This document shows positions 23,950 to 32,443 of a stretch of DNA of 32,443 nt, piece after piece. How positions within the stretch are numbered: position 1 is the stretch's first letter; every line of letters begins with the position of its first letter. The notes under the pieces were generated by a model. That model worked only from the letters and a program-made list of their open reading frames with translations. It was not told the origin of the DNA and did not search any database. Made by a program: the position numbers and the translations under genes. Origin of the DNA: an uncultured bacterium (GTDB taxonomy: Bacteria > CAZDME01 > JAYEMH01); NCBI GenBank assembly GCA_964506785.1, contig CAZDME010000010.1, forward strand, positions 1-32,443. The letters are read 5' to 3'.

Positions 23950-26552
23950 CGTTTCCTTTTTTTCGCTCGCTTCTTCTTCCCGGTCTTCTTTGTTTTTACC
24001 TTTTTCCTTCTGGAGACCCGTTTTGTTTGAGGTTTCTTTTTTATTGTAGTCTTCTTCGGTTTTCTTGTTATTTTTTTCGCTTTCTTTTTGCCCTTCGTTT
24101 TTTTCCTTTTCTTCTTTGCCGTCTTCGGNNNNNNNNNNNNNNNNNNNNNNNNNNNNNNNNNNNNNNNNNNNNNNNNNNNNNNNNNNNNNNNNNNNNNNNN
24201 NNNNNNNNNNNNNNNNNNNNNNNNNNNNTTCCTTTTCTTCTTTGCCGTCTTCGGTCTGCCTTCTACCTTCTCCCGTTTCTTTTTTAACAGCTTCCGAAAA
24301 GTTTCTTCCCACTTTTCTTTCAATCTTGCCAGAGGTAAATTTATTATTTTTTTCTCGTTTCTGCTAATCAGAAGTTTATTGCCTTCAACCTTTCCAATCG
24401 GGTTAAAAGCCGCCTTTAATTTTTGCGCCAGATTTTGCAGGGCCAAAAGGGCCGAAGGGGCAAAGGAAACAACGAATCGCGACTGTGATTCTCCAAACAG
24501 CAAGGCATCGCTCCTCACTGGTTCTCTCACCTTGAATTCCATCTGCGGTGTCCTTTTTCCCCAATTAAAAACTACATCGGATATTTTAATGTCAGCGCCT
24601 AACATTTTCTTGGGGTTATTCAGGCAGCATTTCGCCAGGGCAACGGCCAGGCCGCCTTCGGCGCAGCCATGAGCAGAATTAAGCAGACCCTGCTGAATAG
24701 CCGTCAAACAAAATTTTTGCCCTTTCTTTTCGGTATCCCAATCGATTTCCGGGGCATCGCCTTTTTTTAATCCATAGACTGTTTTTAAATATTCGCTTCC
24801 TCCGATTTCGTTCTTTGTCTCGCCGATTAGGGCAATAAGGTCTCCTCTTTTCTTAAAGTGAGGGGTTGTCGTTTTTTGATAATCGTCGATAACTCCGGCC
24901 ATTCCTATTATCGGCGTGGGGTCGATGGCCCCATGGGGATTTTCATTATTCAAACTTACATTGCCGCTTACTACCGGTGTATTTAATTGACGGCAGGCTT
25001 CGCTAATTCCTTCGACACATTTCCGCAGCTGCCAGAAATTTTCCGCTTTCATTGGATTGCCGAAATTTAATCCGTCGGTTATAGCTAAAGGTTTTGCCCC
25101 GGAGCAGACTAAACTGCGCGCGGCTTCAGCTACCGCAATTGCCCCTCCGCGATAAGGGTTCAGGAAACAGTAGGTGCCGTTGCCCTTAACTGTCCAGGCC
25201 GCTGCTTTCTGGCTGTTGGGCAGGCGGATGGCGGCCGCTTCCGAACCCGGGCCGAGTAAAATCCTTTTCCGCAGACTTGGTTTAATCTGGTTATAAACTA
25301 TTTGCTGGCAGGCAATATTTACCGACGCTAAAAGTTTTAATAACACTTGATTATAATCTGACGGCTCTTTTATTTCCTCAAAGTTGTAGCTCATTGTCTC
25401 GGCGATATATGCCGGTGTTTTTATCTCCCGAAGATACTCTGGAGCTTCGACTAATATTTTTGACGGCACCTCGGCGACAATCTTTCCGTCCTGCCTGATT
25501 CTTAAAATACCGTCATCAGTCACCACCCCTATTTTTACTGCCGGTATTTTCCGCTTCTCAAGAATTTCCAGGGCTAAATGTTCTCTTTCCGGATTTAACA
25601 CTAAAAGCATTCTCTCTTGCGATTCGGACAGCATCACTTCATAGGGATTCATCCTGGCTGACTTTCTTGGGACCAGGCCGACGTCGATATCCATTCCCCG
25701 GCCGCCTTTATACGACATCTCGGAAGTCGAGCAGACCAATCCGGCGGCTCCCATATCCTGCATTCCTTCGACACATTTTTTTTCCATCAGTTCCAGGCAG
25801 GCCTGGCGGAGAATTTTGCCCAATTTAGGGTCGCCGATGGCCACTGCCGAAGAATCTATTTTTTTCGATTCGTCGATTCCTCCCGAAGCGAAAGCCGCCC
25901 CGCCGATTCCGTCACGGCCGGCTGCCCCGCCAATGGTATAGACCAAACTGCCGGCATTCGATGCTTTCGCCCGGATTAAGTTTTTCTTTTGTAAAATACC
26001 CACGCACATAGCGTTAACCAGAGGGTTCTTTTCATAGGAAGCGTCAAAGGATATTTCTCCTCCTAAGACCGGCACTTCGGCAGTATTGGCATAGTAAAAA
26101 AAACCCCGGCCGACTTCTCTCAAAAGATACTGAACATGCTTATTTTCCGCCCGGCCAAAACGCAGTGAATAAAGCAGCCCCACTGGTTCTGCCCCCATGG
26201 TAAAGATATCGCGGGCAACCCCTCCTCCACCGGTAGCGGCCGCTTCAAAAGGCTCAATGGCCGAGGGATGGTTATGAGATTCGACTTTCATCGCCACGGC
26301 CATGCCGTCGCCGATTTCGACGACACCGGCATTTTCTCCCGGCCCCTGAATAACCTGCGGCCCGGAGGTAGGGAAAAGCTTTAAAACCGATTTCGAGTTT
26401 TTATAAGAACAGTGCTCTGACCACATTGCCGAGAAAAGCCCCAGTTCGGTATAGTTTGGTTCCCGGCCTAAGTATTTAACGATTTTTTTGTATTCTTCCT
26501 GGGTTAAACCTTGCTCTTCTATCATCTGCGGCGTTATTTTTATCTCTTCCAT
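23946..26552 (-). CDS. purL: Phosphoribosylformylglycinamidine synthase, small PurL subunit, with a Lys-rich C-terminal tail (spans the N gap)
   Basis: WSEHCSYK, KVESHNHPS, RDIFTMGA.P, QDMGAAG, SESQERM and LNFGNP motifs; no glutaminase domain. Confidence 0.95.
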   Translation of the reverse strand: MEEIKITPQMIEEQGLTQEEYKKIVKYLGREPNYTELGLFSAMWSEHCSYKNSKSVLKLFPTSGPQVIQGPGENAGVVEIGDGMAVAMKVESHNHPSAIEPFEAAATGGGGVARDIFTMGAEPVGLLYSLRFGRAENKHVQYLLREVGRGFFYYANTAEVPVLGGEISFDASYEKNPLVNAMCVGILQKKNLIRAKASNAGSLVYTIGGAAGRDGIGGAAFASGGIDESKKIDSSAVAIGDPKLGKILRQACLELMEKKCVEGMQDMGAAGLVCSTSEMSYKGGRGMDIDVGLVPRKSARMNPYEVMLSESQERMLLVLNPEREHLALEILEKRKIPAVKIGVVTDDGILRIRQDGKIVAEVPSKILVEAPEYLREIKTPAYIAETMSYNFEEIKEPSDYNQVLLKLLASVNIACQQIVYNQIKPSLRKRILLGPGSEAAAIRLPNSQKAAAWTVKGNGTYCFLNPYRGGAIAVAEAARSLVCSGAKPLAITDGLNFGNPMKAENFWQLRKCVEGISEACRQLNTPVVSGNVSLNNENPHGAIDPTPIIGMAGVIDDYQKTTTPHFKKRGDLIALIGETKNEIGGSEYLKTVYGLKKGDAPEIDWDTEKKGQKFCLTAIQQGLLNSAHGCAEGGLAVALAKCCLNNPKKMLGADIKISDVVFNWGKRTPQMEFKVREPVRSDALLFGESQSRFVVSFAPSALLALQNLAQKLKAAFNPIGKVEGNKLLISRNEKKIINLPLARLKEKWEETFRKLLKKKREKVEGRPKTAKKKRXXXXXXXXXXXXXXXXXXXXXXXXXXXXXXXXXXPKTAKKKRKKTKGKKKAKKITRKPKKTTIKKKPQTKRVSRRKKVKTKKTGKKKRAKKRKR
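24129..24228. other. Assembly gap (100 N) flanked by an identical 26-bp sequence
   Basis: ttccttttcttctttgccgtcttcgg occurs at both 24103-24128 and 24229-24254. Confidence 0.95.
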
Positions 26553-26557
26553 ATCGA

Positions 26558-27466
26558 TTAGGCCCCTTCTCGCTTTGTGGTTAAGCGGCTGAATGCTTCC
26601 TTATATTTTTCTTGAGTCTTTTTTACGATTTCCGAAGGAAGTTCGGGAGGCGGTGGAGTTTTTTTCCACTTAACCTTTTCCAGGTAGTTGCGGACAAACT
26701 GCTTATCGAAACTTTCCTGAGTTCTTCCTTTTTTATATTTCTTCTTATCCCAGAAACGCGACGAATCCGGCGTTATTGCCTCATCGATTAACATCGTTTC
26801 ACCGTTTTTCTCGTCCAGGCCGAATTCGAATTTGGTGTCGGCTATAATAACGCCGCGTTCCTTTGCATAGCTGACTGCCATTTTATACAAATCCAGGCTT
26901 TTCCCCTTAAGAAAAAGCGCCTTTTTTTCCCCTACTTTGGCTGCCAGTTCGTCGAAGCTTATGTTTACGTCATGGGCTCCCGCGCTTTCTTTTGTTGCCG
27001 GAGTAAAAATAGGCTCGGGAAGCTTTTCTGCCTCAAGAAGCCCAGCCGGGAGTTTAATCCCGACAATGCTTTGCTTGGACTGGTATTCCCTCCAGCCCGA
27101 TCCGGCCAGATAGCCGCGGACAACGCATTCCACGTCGATTCTTTTCAGTTTTTTTATCAGCATCGACCGGCCTTCTAACTTATTTCGATGAGATTTAAGT
27201 TCGGGAGGAAAATCTTTCCAGTCGATGGAAATCATATGATTGGGGACAATATCGCAAAGCTTCCTGAACCAGAAGGCAGATATTTGATTTAGTATTTTCC
27301 CTTTGTCCGGGATTAGAGTGGGTAAAATGAAATCGAAAGCGGAAATTCGGTCGGTAGAAACCATCAAAAGCTTATCGCCCAGATCATAGAGGTCTCTGAC
27401 CTTGCCGCGATAAAACAGAGGGAATTCTTTTAGGTAAGATTCTTTCAGGCCTGCCTTCGAACTCAT
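26558..27466 (-). CDS. purC: SAICAR synthetase
   Basis: GKVRDLY, TDRISAFD, ECVVRGYLAGS, ADTKFEFG, DE..TPDSSRFW and DKQ motifs. Confidence 0.98.
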   Translation of the reverse strand: MSSKAGLKESYLKEFPLFYRGKVRDLYDLGDKLLMVSTDRISAFDFILPTLIPDKGKILNQISAFWFRKLCDIVPNHMISIDWKDFPPELKSHRNKLEGRSMLIKKLKRIDVECVVRGYLAGSGWREYQSKQSIVGIKLPAGLLEAEKLPEPIFTPATKESAGAHDVNISFDELAAKVGEKKALFLKGKSLDLYKMAVSYAKERGVIIADTKFEFGLDEKNGETMLIDEAITPDSSRFWDKKKYKKGRTQESFDKQFVRNYLEKVKWKKTPPPPELPSEIVKKTQEKYKEAFSRLTTKREGA

Positions 27467-27521
27467 AAATTTCGCAATCTAATGTAAATGGAAGGTAAAC
27501 ATGCCTTCCAAACTATGCCTT

Positions 27522-28814
27522 TCAAATCTTAAATTTTTTAAAGGCGTGAGGTAAATTCTTAAGGTAAATATCCAGATTGAAACAATTGCTGATTTCGGCT
27601 TTATCCAAAAGCTTGCCTATGGCATTATCCTTAAGGAGTAAACTTTTGAAGTCTTCTTTTTCCTTCCAGACCTGCATGGCTACATTCTGAACCAGCCGAT
27701 AGGCATCCTGGCGGGATAGCCCTTTTTTGGTTAATTCGAACAGTATCCTCCCGGAAAAAATCAAACCCTTAGTGGTCTTTAAATTTTCCGCCATCTTCTC
27801 CGGATAAACCATCAGATTTTCCACTATGTACTGAAAGCGGTTGAGGATATAATCGATAAGAATCGTGCCGTCGGGGATGATCACCCTCTCTACCGAAGAG
27901 TGGCTGATGTCTCTTTCGTTCCAGAGGGTAATATTTTCAAAAGCGGCCAAACTGTAGCTCCGGATTAAACGGGCCAAACCACAGATTTGCTCACAGCTTA
28001 CTGGATTGCGTTTATGCGGCATCGCCGAAGAACCTTTCTGCCCCCGGCTAAAGGGTTCTTCTACCTCTCCTATTTCTGTCCTTTGGAGATTGCGTATTTC
28101 GGTGGCGAATTTCTCTATACTGCCGGCCAGAATAGCCAGTGCGGCCATAAACTGCGCCTGCCGGTCGCGCTGCAGGATTTGGTTGGAAATCGGAGCCGGT
28201 TTTAGATTCGAATTTCGGCAGACATATTCTTCCACATAGGGGTTAACTAAGGCATAGGTGCCTACGGCGCCGGAAAGTTTGCCGTAGCTGATTGCCTCTT
28301 TGGCCTCTTCGATTCTTTTCTGACTGCGTTCTAACTCTGCCAGCCAGAGGGTTAATTTAAAGCCAAAAGTAATTGGTTCGGCATGAATTCCATGGGTTCT
28401 GCCCACCATAACGGTTTTCTTATAGGTTTTAGCTCTTTTCTTGACCACAGCTGTTAATGATTTAAGGTCTTCTAGAATTATATCGGCCGCTTCCCTCATT
28501 TGAATGGAAAGGGTTGTATCTAAAACGTCATTGGAGGTCAGTCCGAAATGAATAAATTTTCCGTCCGGGCCGATATTTTCCGAGAGATTGGCGATAAAAG
28601 CCAGTAATTCATGCTTTACATCGTTCTCGATTTCCTTGATTCGCTTAAGACTGAATTTAGCTTTAGTCTTAATGTTCTGTACGGACTCTTTGGGAATTTG
28701 TCCCAATTCAGACATCGCTTGACAGGCCAGTATTTCAATGTCCAGCATCTTCTGAAAGCGGTATTCCGGAGCCCAGATTTTGGCCATTTTGGGTAAGGTA
28801 TAACGTTCAATCAT
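27522..28814 (-). CDS. purB: Adenylosuccinate lyase
   Basis: MIERY, HFGLTS.D, GRTHG.HA, GSSAMPHKRNP and ERDISHSS motifs. Confidence 0.98.
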   Translation of the reverse strand: MIERYTLPKMAKIWAPEYRFQKMLDIEILACQAMSELGQIPKESVQNIKTKAKFSLKRIKEIENDVKHELLAFIANLSENIGPDGKFIHFGLTSNDVLDTTLSIQMREAADIILEDLKSLTAVVKKRAKTYKKTVMVGRTHGIHAEPITFGFKLTLWLAELERSQKRIEEAKEAISYGKLSGAVGTYALVNPYVEEYVCRNSNLKPAPISNQILQRDRQAQFMAALAILAGSIEKFATEIRNLQRTEIGEVEEPFSRGQKGSSAMPHKRNPVSCEQICGLARLIRSYSLAAFENITLWNERDISHSSVERVIIPDGTILIDYILNRFQYIVENLMVYPEKMAENLKTTKGLIFSGRILFELTKKGLSRQDAYRLVQNVAMQVWKEKEDFKSLLLKDNAIGKLLDKAEISNCFNLDIYLKNLPHAFKKFKI

Positions 28815-28890
28815 ATTTCCCCCGTTTTTAACTAATCTCGCGTTTGCTTAAGGCCGCTCCCCGAAACTTTCTTCCCTGTCTTGAACACGC

Positions 28891-28919
28891 ATTATAACAA
28901 GTTTTAAATTATCGGTCAA
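28891..28919 (-). promoter_or_regulatory. sigma70 promoter of the pur cluster
   Basis: TTGACC-17 nt-TATAAT with an extended TG. Confidence 0.85.
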
Positions 28920-28954
28920 GCAGTTTAATATAGCCTGGGGGCCCTGTATGAGGG

Positions 28955-31111
28955 TTATATCCTCTCCTTGCGGAACAAAAAGGAAAGGGAATAAAAGGCG
29001 ATGACGATTAAAAGGAGCATGTTTATTCCGGCCACAAAAGAAATCGATTCTAAAATCCCTCCGGCCGCGGCGCCCAAAAGATTTGAGCCAAAAGCAGCAT
29101 CCTTATGCCGGCAATTTTGGAGGGAATGCATAAAAATAATCCCGGCGAAAAATATCGGTAGATTCAAAAAAATACTTACTAAAATTGATTTGGGCCAATA
29201 GCCTAAAAAGTTGAATGTTCTCAGCGGGACTAAAAAGATGATTAACACCGAAAGGATAAGGAAAAAATAATAAAAATTTGGATTTCCTATTCTTATCCTC
29301 GAGACAAAAAGGTTAGCCGCCAGGATCAGAAGCAAAATGGCCGAGATGGTAAAGGCATTCACTAACCAGGTTGAACCAAAAAGCAATGTGGTTTTACTGA
29401 TATTTTGAAACTCAAGCAATAGAAAAGCCGCTCCCAGAAAGAAGAAATGGAGATTTATTTTCCCTCCCCCGGGTAAAATCGTTTTTCTTGCCGTCAAGAA
29501 AAGTAATAGCAGAATGATTATTACGGAAAGGTGCATCCTGGGGATCATCGGCCTTTCCAGGTATAAATATGGCCAATTGTCGGTTGTTAGTTTAACCGGC
29601 TTGCTTTTCGAAAAATCGACTTTATTTTTCGAAATGAACTTTTTAAGTTTTAAATTGCTGTTTATCGCGCTTTTGATATTTTTGATATTTTCCCCGGTCA
29701 CAAACATAATGCCGCCCCAGCCAAAACGGCCTTTGCTCCTTACCCAGAAGCTGACCGGAGGGATACCGAAAGTTTCCTTCAACAACCCGTTTATTCTTTG
29801 GGCAATCCATATTCTCTGCGGCTCAAAGATTACCGTAAATACGCCGTCTTTTGTTAATAAATTTTTTGCCTCCCGGAAGCTTTCTTTCGTATAGATATAG
29901 TGGTCCAACCTCATGTTGTTATAACTGGATGATAACGTGTGGGAATCAAGAAGCCCCAGAGAAACAATGTCATATTTTTTCTCGGCCTTTTTAAGAAACG
30001 ACCTGGCATCGTTAATGACTATCTTAAGGCGGCCGTCTCTATAGGGCTCTTCCGGATGAAATTCTAAGCCCAGTTTATAAATTCCCGGGTCTATTTCTAC
30101 CGCGTCTACGTTTTTCACTTCGCTTCGCAACGCCCCGGCGGCATCATTACCGGCCCCGGCCCCCAAAAGAAGGACATCTTTGGCGTCTCCCTTGAACAAA
30201 TATGGCAAATCATACTGGCTGAATTTCCTCGTTTCAAAATCGAAATAATCGGGGTATTTTTCAATAAAATTTTCCGAAAGGTTTAAAAGCCCCATGTAGC
30301 CGACGTTATTGACCTGAAGCAAATAGCCTTTATTGATTTTTCTTATTTTATCGCGAAAGGGGCTGATACTAAGTTTTTGGTAAGGAGACCAAACCGTTTG
30401 AATTTTATCGCTTTTCTTTTCCAGAACGATTGTCGGAATAATAAACAATAAGCAGATTAAAATTGCCAGAAGATTATTCCGCCGGTTCTCGGCGCGTAGT
30501 AAAGCCATTGCGAAAAGCATGGCGGAAATTAGAATGAACCAAACCCGGGGCGGGCTGTATATGAACGAAAGTAAAGCTAATGCCCAGACTCCTAAAAAGC
30601 TGGCGCCGATATTGATTGAATATGCCTTGACGGTATCCTTATATCTATCCAGGAAATAACCCAGTCTTTGGCCCAGCGGTATAAAAATAAATAAAATAAT
30701 AAAAAAAACCGCCAGTGTCGCCGCTATCCCCAGTAATGTTTTTGAAAAAGTCGCCCGCAGGCCGGCTTCATACCAGATAACTGAATCGGTAAAGGTGCTT
30801 AAAAGGAGCGGGATATCTCTAAAAAGATGAACTTTGCTGTTATCTACTGTTATCATGATGGGAAGCTTAACCATCGCCAGCAGGGCCGCTAACAGCAAAG
30901 CCGTAATCGACAAATTGGGCTTTTCGTCGGGGAAAAAACAGCCCCAGCCGATACCCAGAAAACAGGCTAAAAGGACAAGATTATTGAAATAGGCAAAAAT
31001 CCTTATTTCCGTTGATATCCAGCGGATAAGTGTTACCTCGAGAAAAAGCGTCAGGAAGCTCAGCAGGAAAAGCTCGAAATTATCTTTTTTTAATTCGATT
31101 GACTTCTGCAT
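28955..31111 (-). CDS. Polytopic membrane protein with a central spermidine-synthase-like SAM/dcSAM-binding domain
   Basis: N- and C-terminal TM bundles; WSPYQK, LLLGAGAGND, VEIDP, NDAR and TTDNWPYLYL motifs. Confidence 0.85.
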   Translation of the reverse strand: MQKSIELKKDNFELFLLSFLTLFLEVTLIRWISTEIRIFAYFNNLVLLACFLGIGWGCFFPDEKPNLSITALLLAALLAMVKLPIMITVDNSKVHLFRDIPLLLSTFTDSVIWYEAGLRATFSKTLLGIAATLAVFFIILFIFIPLGQRLGYFLDRYKDTVKAYSINIGASFLGVWALALLSFIYSPPRVWFILISAMLFAMALLRAENRRNNLLAILICLLFIIPTIVLEKKSDKIQTVWSPYQKLSISPFRDKIRKINKGYLLQVNNVGYMGLLNLSENFIEKYPDYFDFETRKFSQYDLPYLFKGDAKDVLLLGAGAGNDAAGALRSEVKNVDAVEIDPGIYKLGLEFHPEEPYRDGRLKIVINDARSFLKKAEKKYDIVSLGLLDSHTLSSSYNNMRLDHYIYTKESFREAKNLLTKDGVFTVIFEPQRIWIAQRINGLLKETFGIPPVSFWVRSKGRFGWGGIMFVTGENIKNIKSAINSNLKLKKFISKNKVDFSKSKPVKLTTDNWPYLYLERPMIPRMHLSVIIILLLLFLTARKTILPGGGKINLHFFFLGAAFLLLEFQNISKTTLLFGSTWLVNAFTISAILLLILAANLFVSRIRIGNPNFYYFFLILSVLIIFLVPLRTFNFLGYWPKSILVSIFLNLPIFFAGIIFMHSLQNCRHKDAAFGSNLLGAAAGGILESISFVAGINMLLLIVIAFYSLSFLFRKERI

Positions 31112-31130
31112 TGGACCCTTTGAATTAAAA

Positions 31131-31811
31131 CTAAAGCTGTTTTATGATTTCGTCCGCGGTCGTTATATCGGCAAACCCAAAAGCCAGATTAAGCAGACTC
31201 GCCAGGTGCATCTTTTCATTAATGCTGCCGGTGCCGTCAGCCGGGAAAAATACCCGGTAATCCCGATAATAAGCGTCGCGGGCAGTGGATTCACAGCACA
31301 TATTAGTCATTATTCCCGAAATAATTAAATCTTCTATTTTTAAACATCGAAGCACGGTTTCTAAATCAGTGTTGTAAAAAGCGGAATAGCGGTGTTTCTG
31401 TATGACTTTTTCCTTTGACAGGGGGCGGATTTCGTCATGCACTTCACTTTCTGGGGTTCCTTCAAGGCATTTACCTTGCCACCACCAGCCCATGATACCT
31501 TCGTCGAAACCATTGGGATGGTGGACATGCCTGGTAAAAATTACTGGCCGGTCTATTTTGCGAAAGGCGCCGATGAGTCGCTTTACAGCCGGGAGAATAG
31601 CTATTCCCCCGCAAGTAAACGTTGGAGAAGAAGGGTCCAAAAAAAAGCGCTGCATATCAACGACCAGGAGAGCCGCCTTCTTTCCGTTAAGCTGCATCTT
31701 ATGTGTATTAAAAGGCTCGATTTCTTTAAGCCAGAGTTGGGTTTTAGCCCCGATAGATTCTGCGCTTACATATGGCTTTATGTTTCCCTCCGGCCTATTT
31801 CCGTTTTTCAC
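31131..31811 (-). CDS. Isochorismatase-family cysteine hydrolase
   Basis: LLVVDMQ, K.RYSAF and G.MTNMCCESTARDA (D-K-C triad); GTG start after GGGAGG. Confidence 0.93.
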   Translation of the reverse strand: MKNGNRPEGNIKPYVSAESIGAKTQLWLKEIEPFNTHKMQLNGKKAALLVVDMQRFFLDPSSPTFTCGGIAILPAVKRLIGAFRKIDRPVIFTRHVHHPNGFDEGIMGWWWQGKCLEGTPESEVHDEIRPLSKEKVIQKHRYSAFYNTDLETVLRCLKIEDLIISGIMTNMCCESTARDAYYRDYRVFFPADGTGSINEKMHLASLLNLAFGFADITTADEIIKQL

Positions 31812-31943
31812 CGTTACCTCCCTTTTCTATGGTCCGCATTAACCGGCAAACTTTCCCGGCGTTACGCTTTAATCGGACGCTTAAATTAAACATTTTTGCT
31901 TCGTTGGCCAAATAACGGCGTTAGACGGTATCCAGGAAAGCTC

Positions 31944-32443
31944 TTAAATGGCGGGCTGCTTTTTCAATTTTTCGACAAGGAGACTTTTGACGCAATGGAA
32001 TATGATTAAATGGATATCTTCGGAAACTTCCATATTATCGATCTCTGCCTGGATGGAAACATCGGCTATTCCTTTAATCTTCCCGCCGTCGAATCCGCAG
32101 AAAGCGGCCGTTTTCGCCCCGGCTTTCTTGGCAAAATCCAGGGCTTTAACCACATTCATTGAGTTGCCGCTGCCGGAGAGGCCGATGACCAGGTCGTCTT
32201 TCTTTACAAAATTCTTCAACTGTTCGAGAAAGATGTCTGAAAAGGATATATCATTGGCAATCGCCATAAGAGCCGGGATATTGTCATTCAGGCAAATCAC
32301 CTTGAATTTTTTATCGAGGTTATAAGAAACCCCTTTAATCAGGTCTCCTGAAAAATGAGATGCGGTTGCCCCGCTTCCCCCGTTGCCGAAGATAAATATC
32401 GTCCCTTCGCGGTTATACACATCTAAAAGCATCTCCGTAAATT
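31944..32443 (-). CDS. gmhA: Phosphoheptose isomerase GmhA-like SIS-domain protein, 5' end beyond the window
   Basis: GNGGSGA.ASH, A..ND...F..Q, SGSGNS.NV and ED.H motifs; the frame stays open to the window edge. Confidence 0.85.
   Translation of the reverse strand, partial: FTEMLLDVYNREGTIFIFGNGGSGATASHFSGDLIKGVSYNLDKKFKVICLNDNIPALMAIANDISFSDIFLEQLKNFVKKDDLVIGLSGSGNSMNVVKALDFAKKAGAKTAAFCGFDGGKIKGIADVSIQAEIDNMEVSEDIHLIIFHCVKSLLVEKLKKQPAI

Noticed and set aside
24103-24254. 26-bp direct repeat flanking the N run as a target-site duplication or tandem repeat
   Set aside because: An exact 100-N spacer with identical ends is typical of unmerged contig overlap. A real repeat cannot be excluded without reads.
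23950-24312. 120-aa N-terminal extension of PurM in the ORF track
   Set aside because: It is an alternate frame of the low-complexity purL tail across the N gap. PurM homology starts at MKKKKLTY (23949), which overlaps the purL stop.
27489-27510. Hairpin tggaaggta-aaca-tgccttcca as a terminator between purB and purC
   Set aside because: It has a mismatch on the coding strand and only a short U-run, too weak to call.
28815-28890. ZTP, purine or PRPP riboswitch ahead of purB (also checked before purH and glyA)
   Set aside because: No recognisable consensus elements in these leaders.
31836-31926. Integron attC site (GTCTAAC ... GTTAATG on the minus strand)
   Set aside because: The core sites are not complementary, there is no L-box pairing and no integrase is present.
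33-32325. Numerous short plus-strand and nested ORFs in the track (e.g. 4334-4798, 24088-24672, 31402-31842)
   Set aside because: Antisense or alternate-frame shadows of well-supported genes, with no motifs of their own.

Overview
Bacterial chromosomal window from an anaerobe, nearly all on the minus strand. The taxon is unknown; a PVC/Omnitrophota-like organism is a tentative inference. Read in transcription order (right to left) it carries: partial gmhA, an isochorismatase-family hydrolase and a membrane spermidine-synthase-like protein; a promoter-led purB-purC-purL-purM-purH-purD-purE-tsaC-LMW-PTP-rpiB-glyA-dCMP deaminase cluster; an accessory unit; nrdR-nrdD-glutaredoxin-like-rnfCDGEAB-DUF4321 behind tandem NrdR boxes; a plus-strand SurA-N gene; and a coiled-coil gene followed by mreBCD and partial mrdA. 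The accessory unit (12917-15840) is the most striking element. It has its own sigma70 promoter, a c-di-GMP-I riboswitch overlapping an intrinsic terminator (ON-switch geometry) and a hairpin-rich leader. These precede a mosaic protein of HIT hydrolase, unknown domain, atypical kinase-like domain and pentapeptide repeats, whose Sec-type signal peptide is cut off by a 1-nt frameshift in a T6 run. Also notable: a CCRL-type class III RNR clustered with a redoxin and Rnf; a PurL with a histone-like Lys-rich tail, a degenerate auxiliary nucleotide site and no purQ/purS in the window; and RnfB with a Cys-to-Ser change in its first Fe-S motif. The 100-N gap at 24129-24228 looks like a scaffolding artefact.
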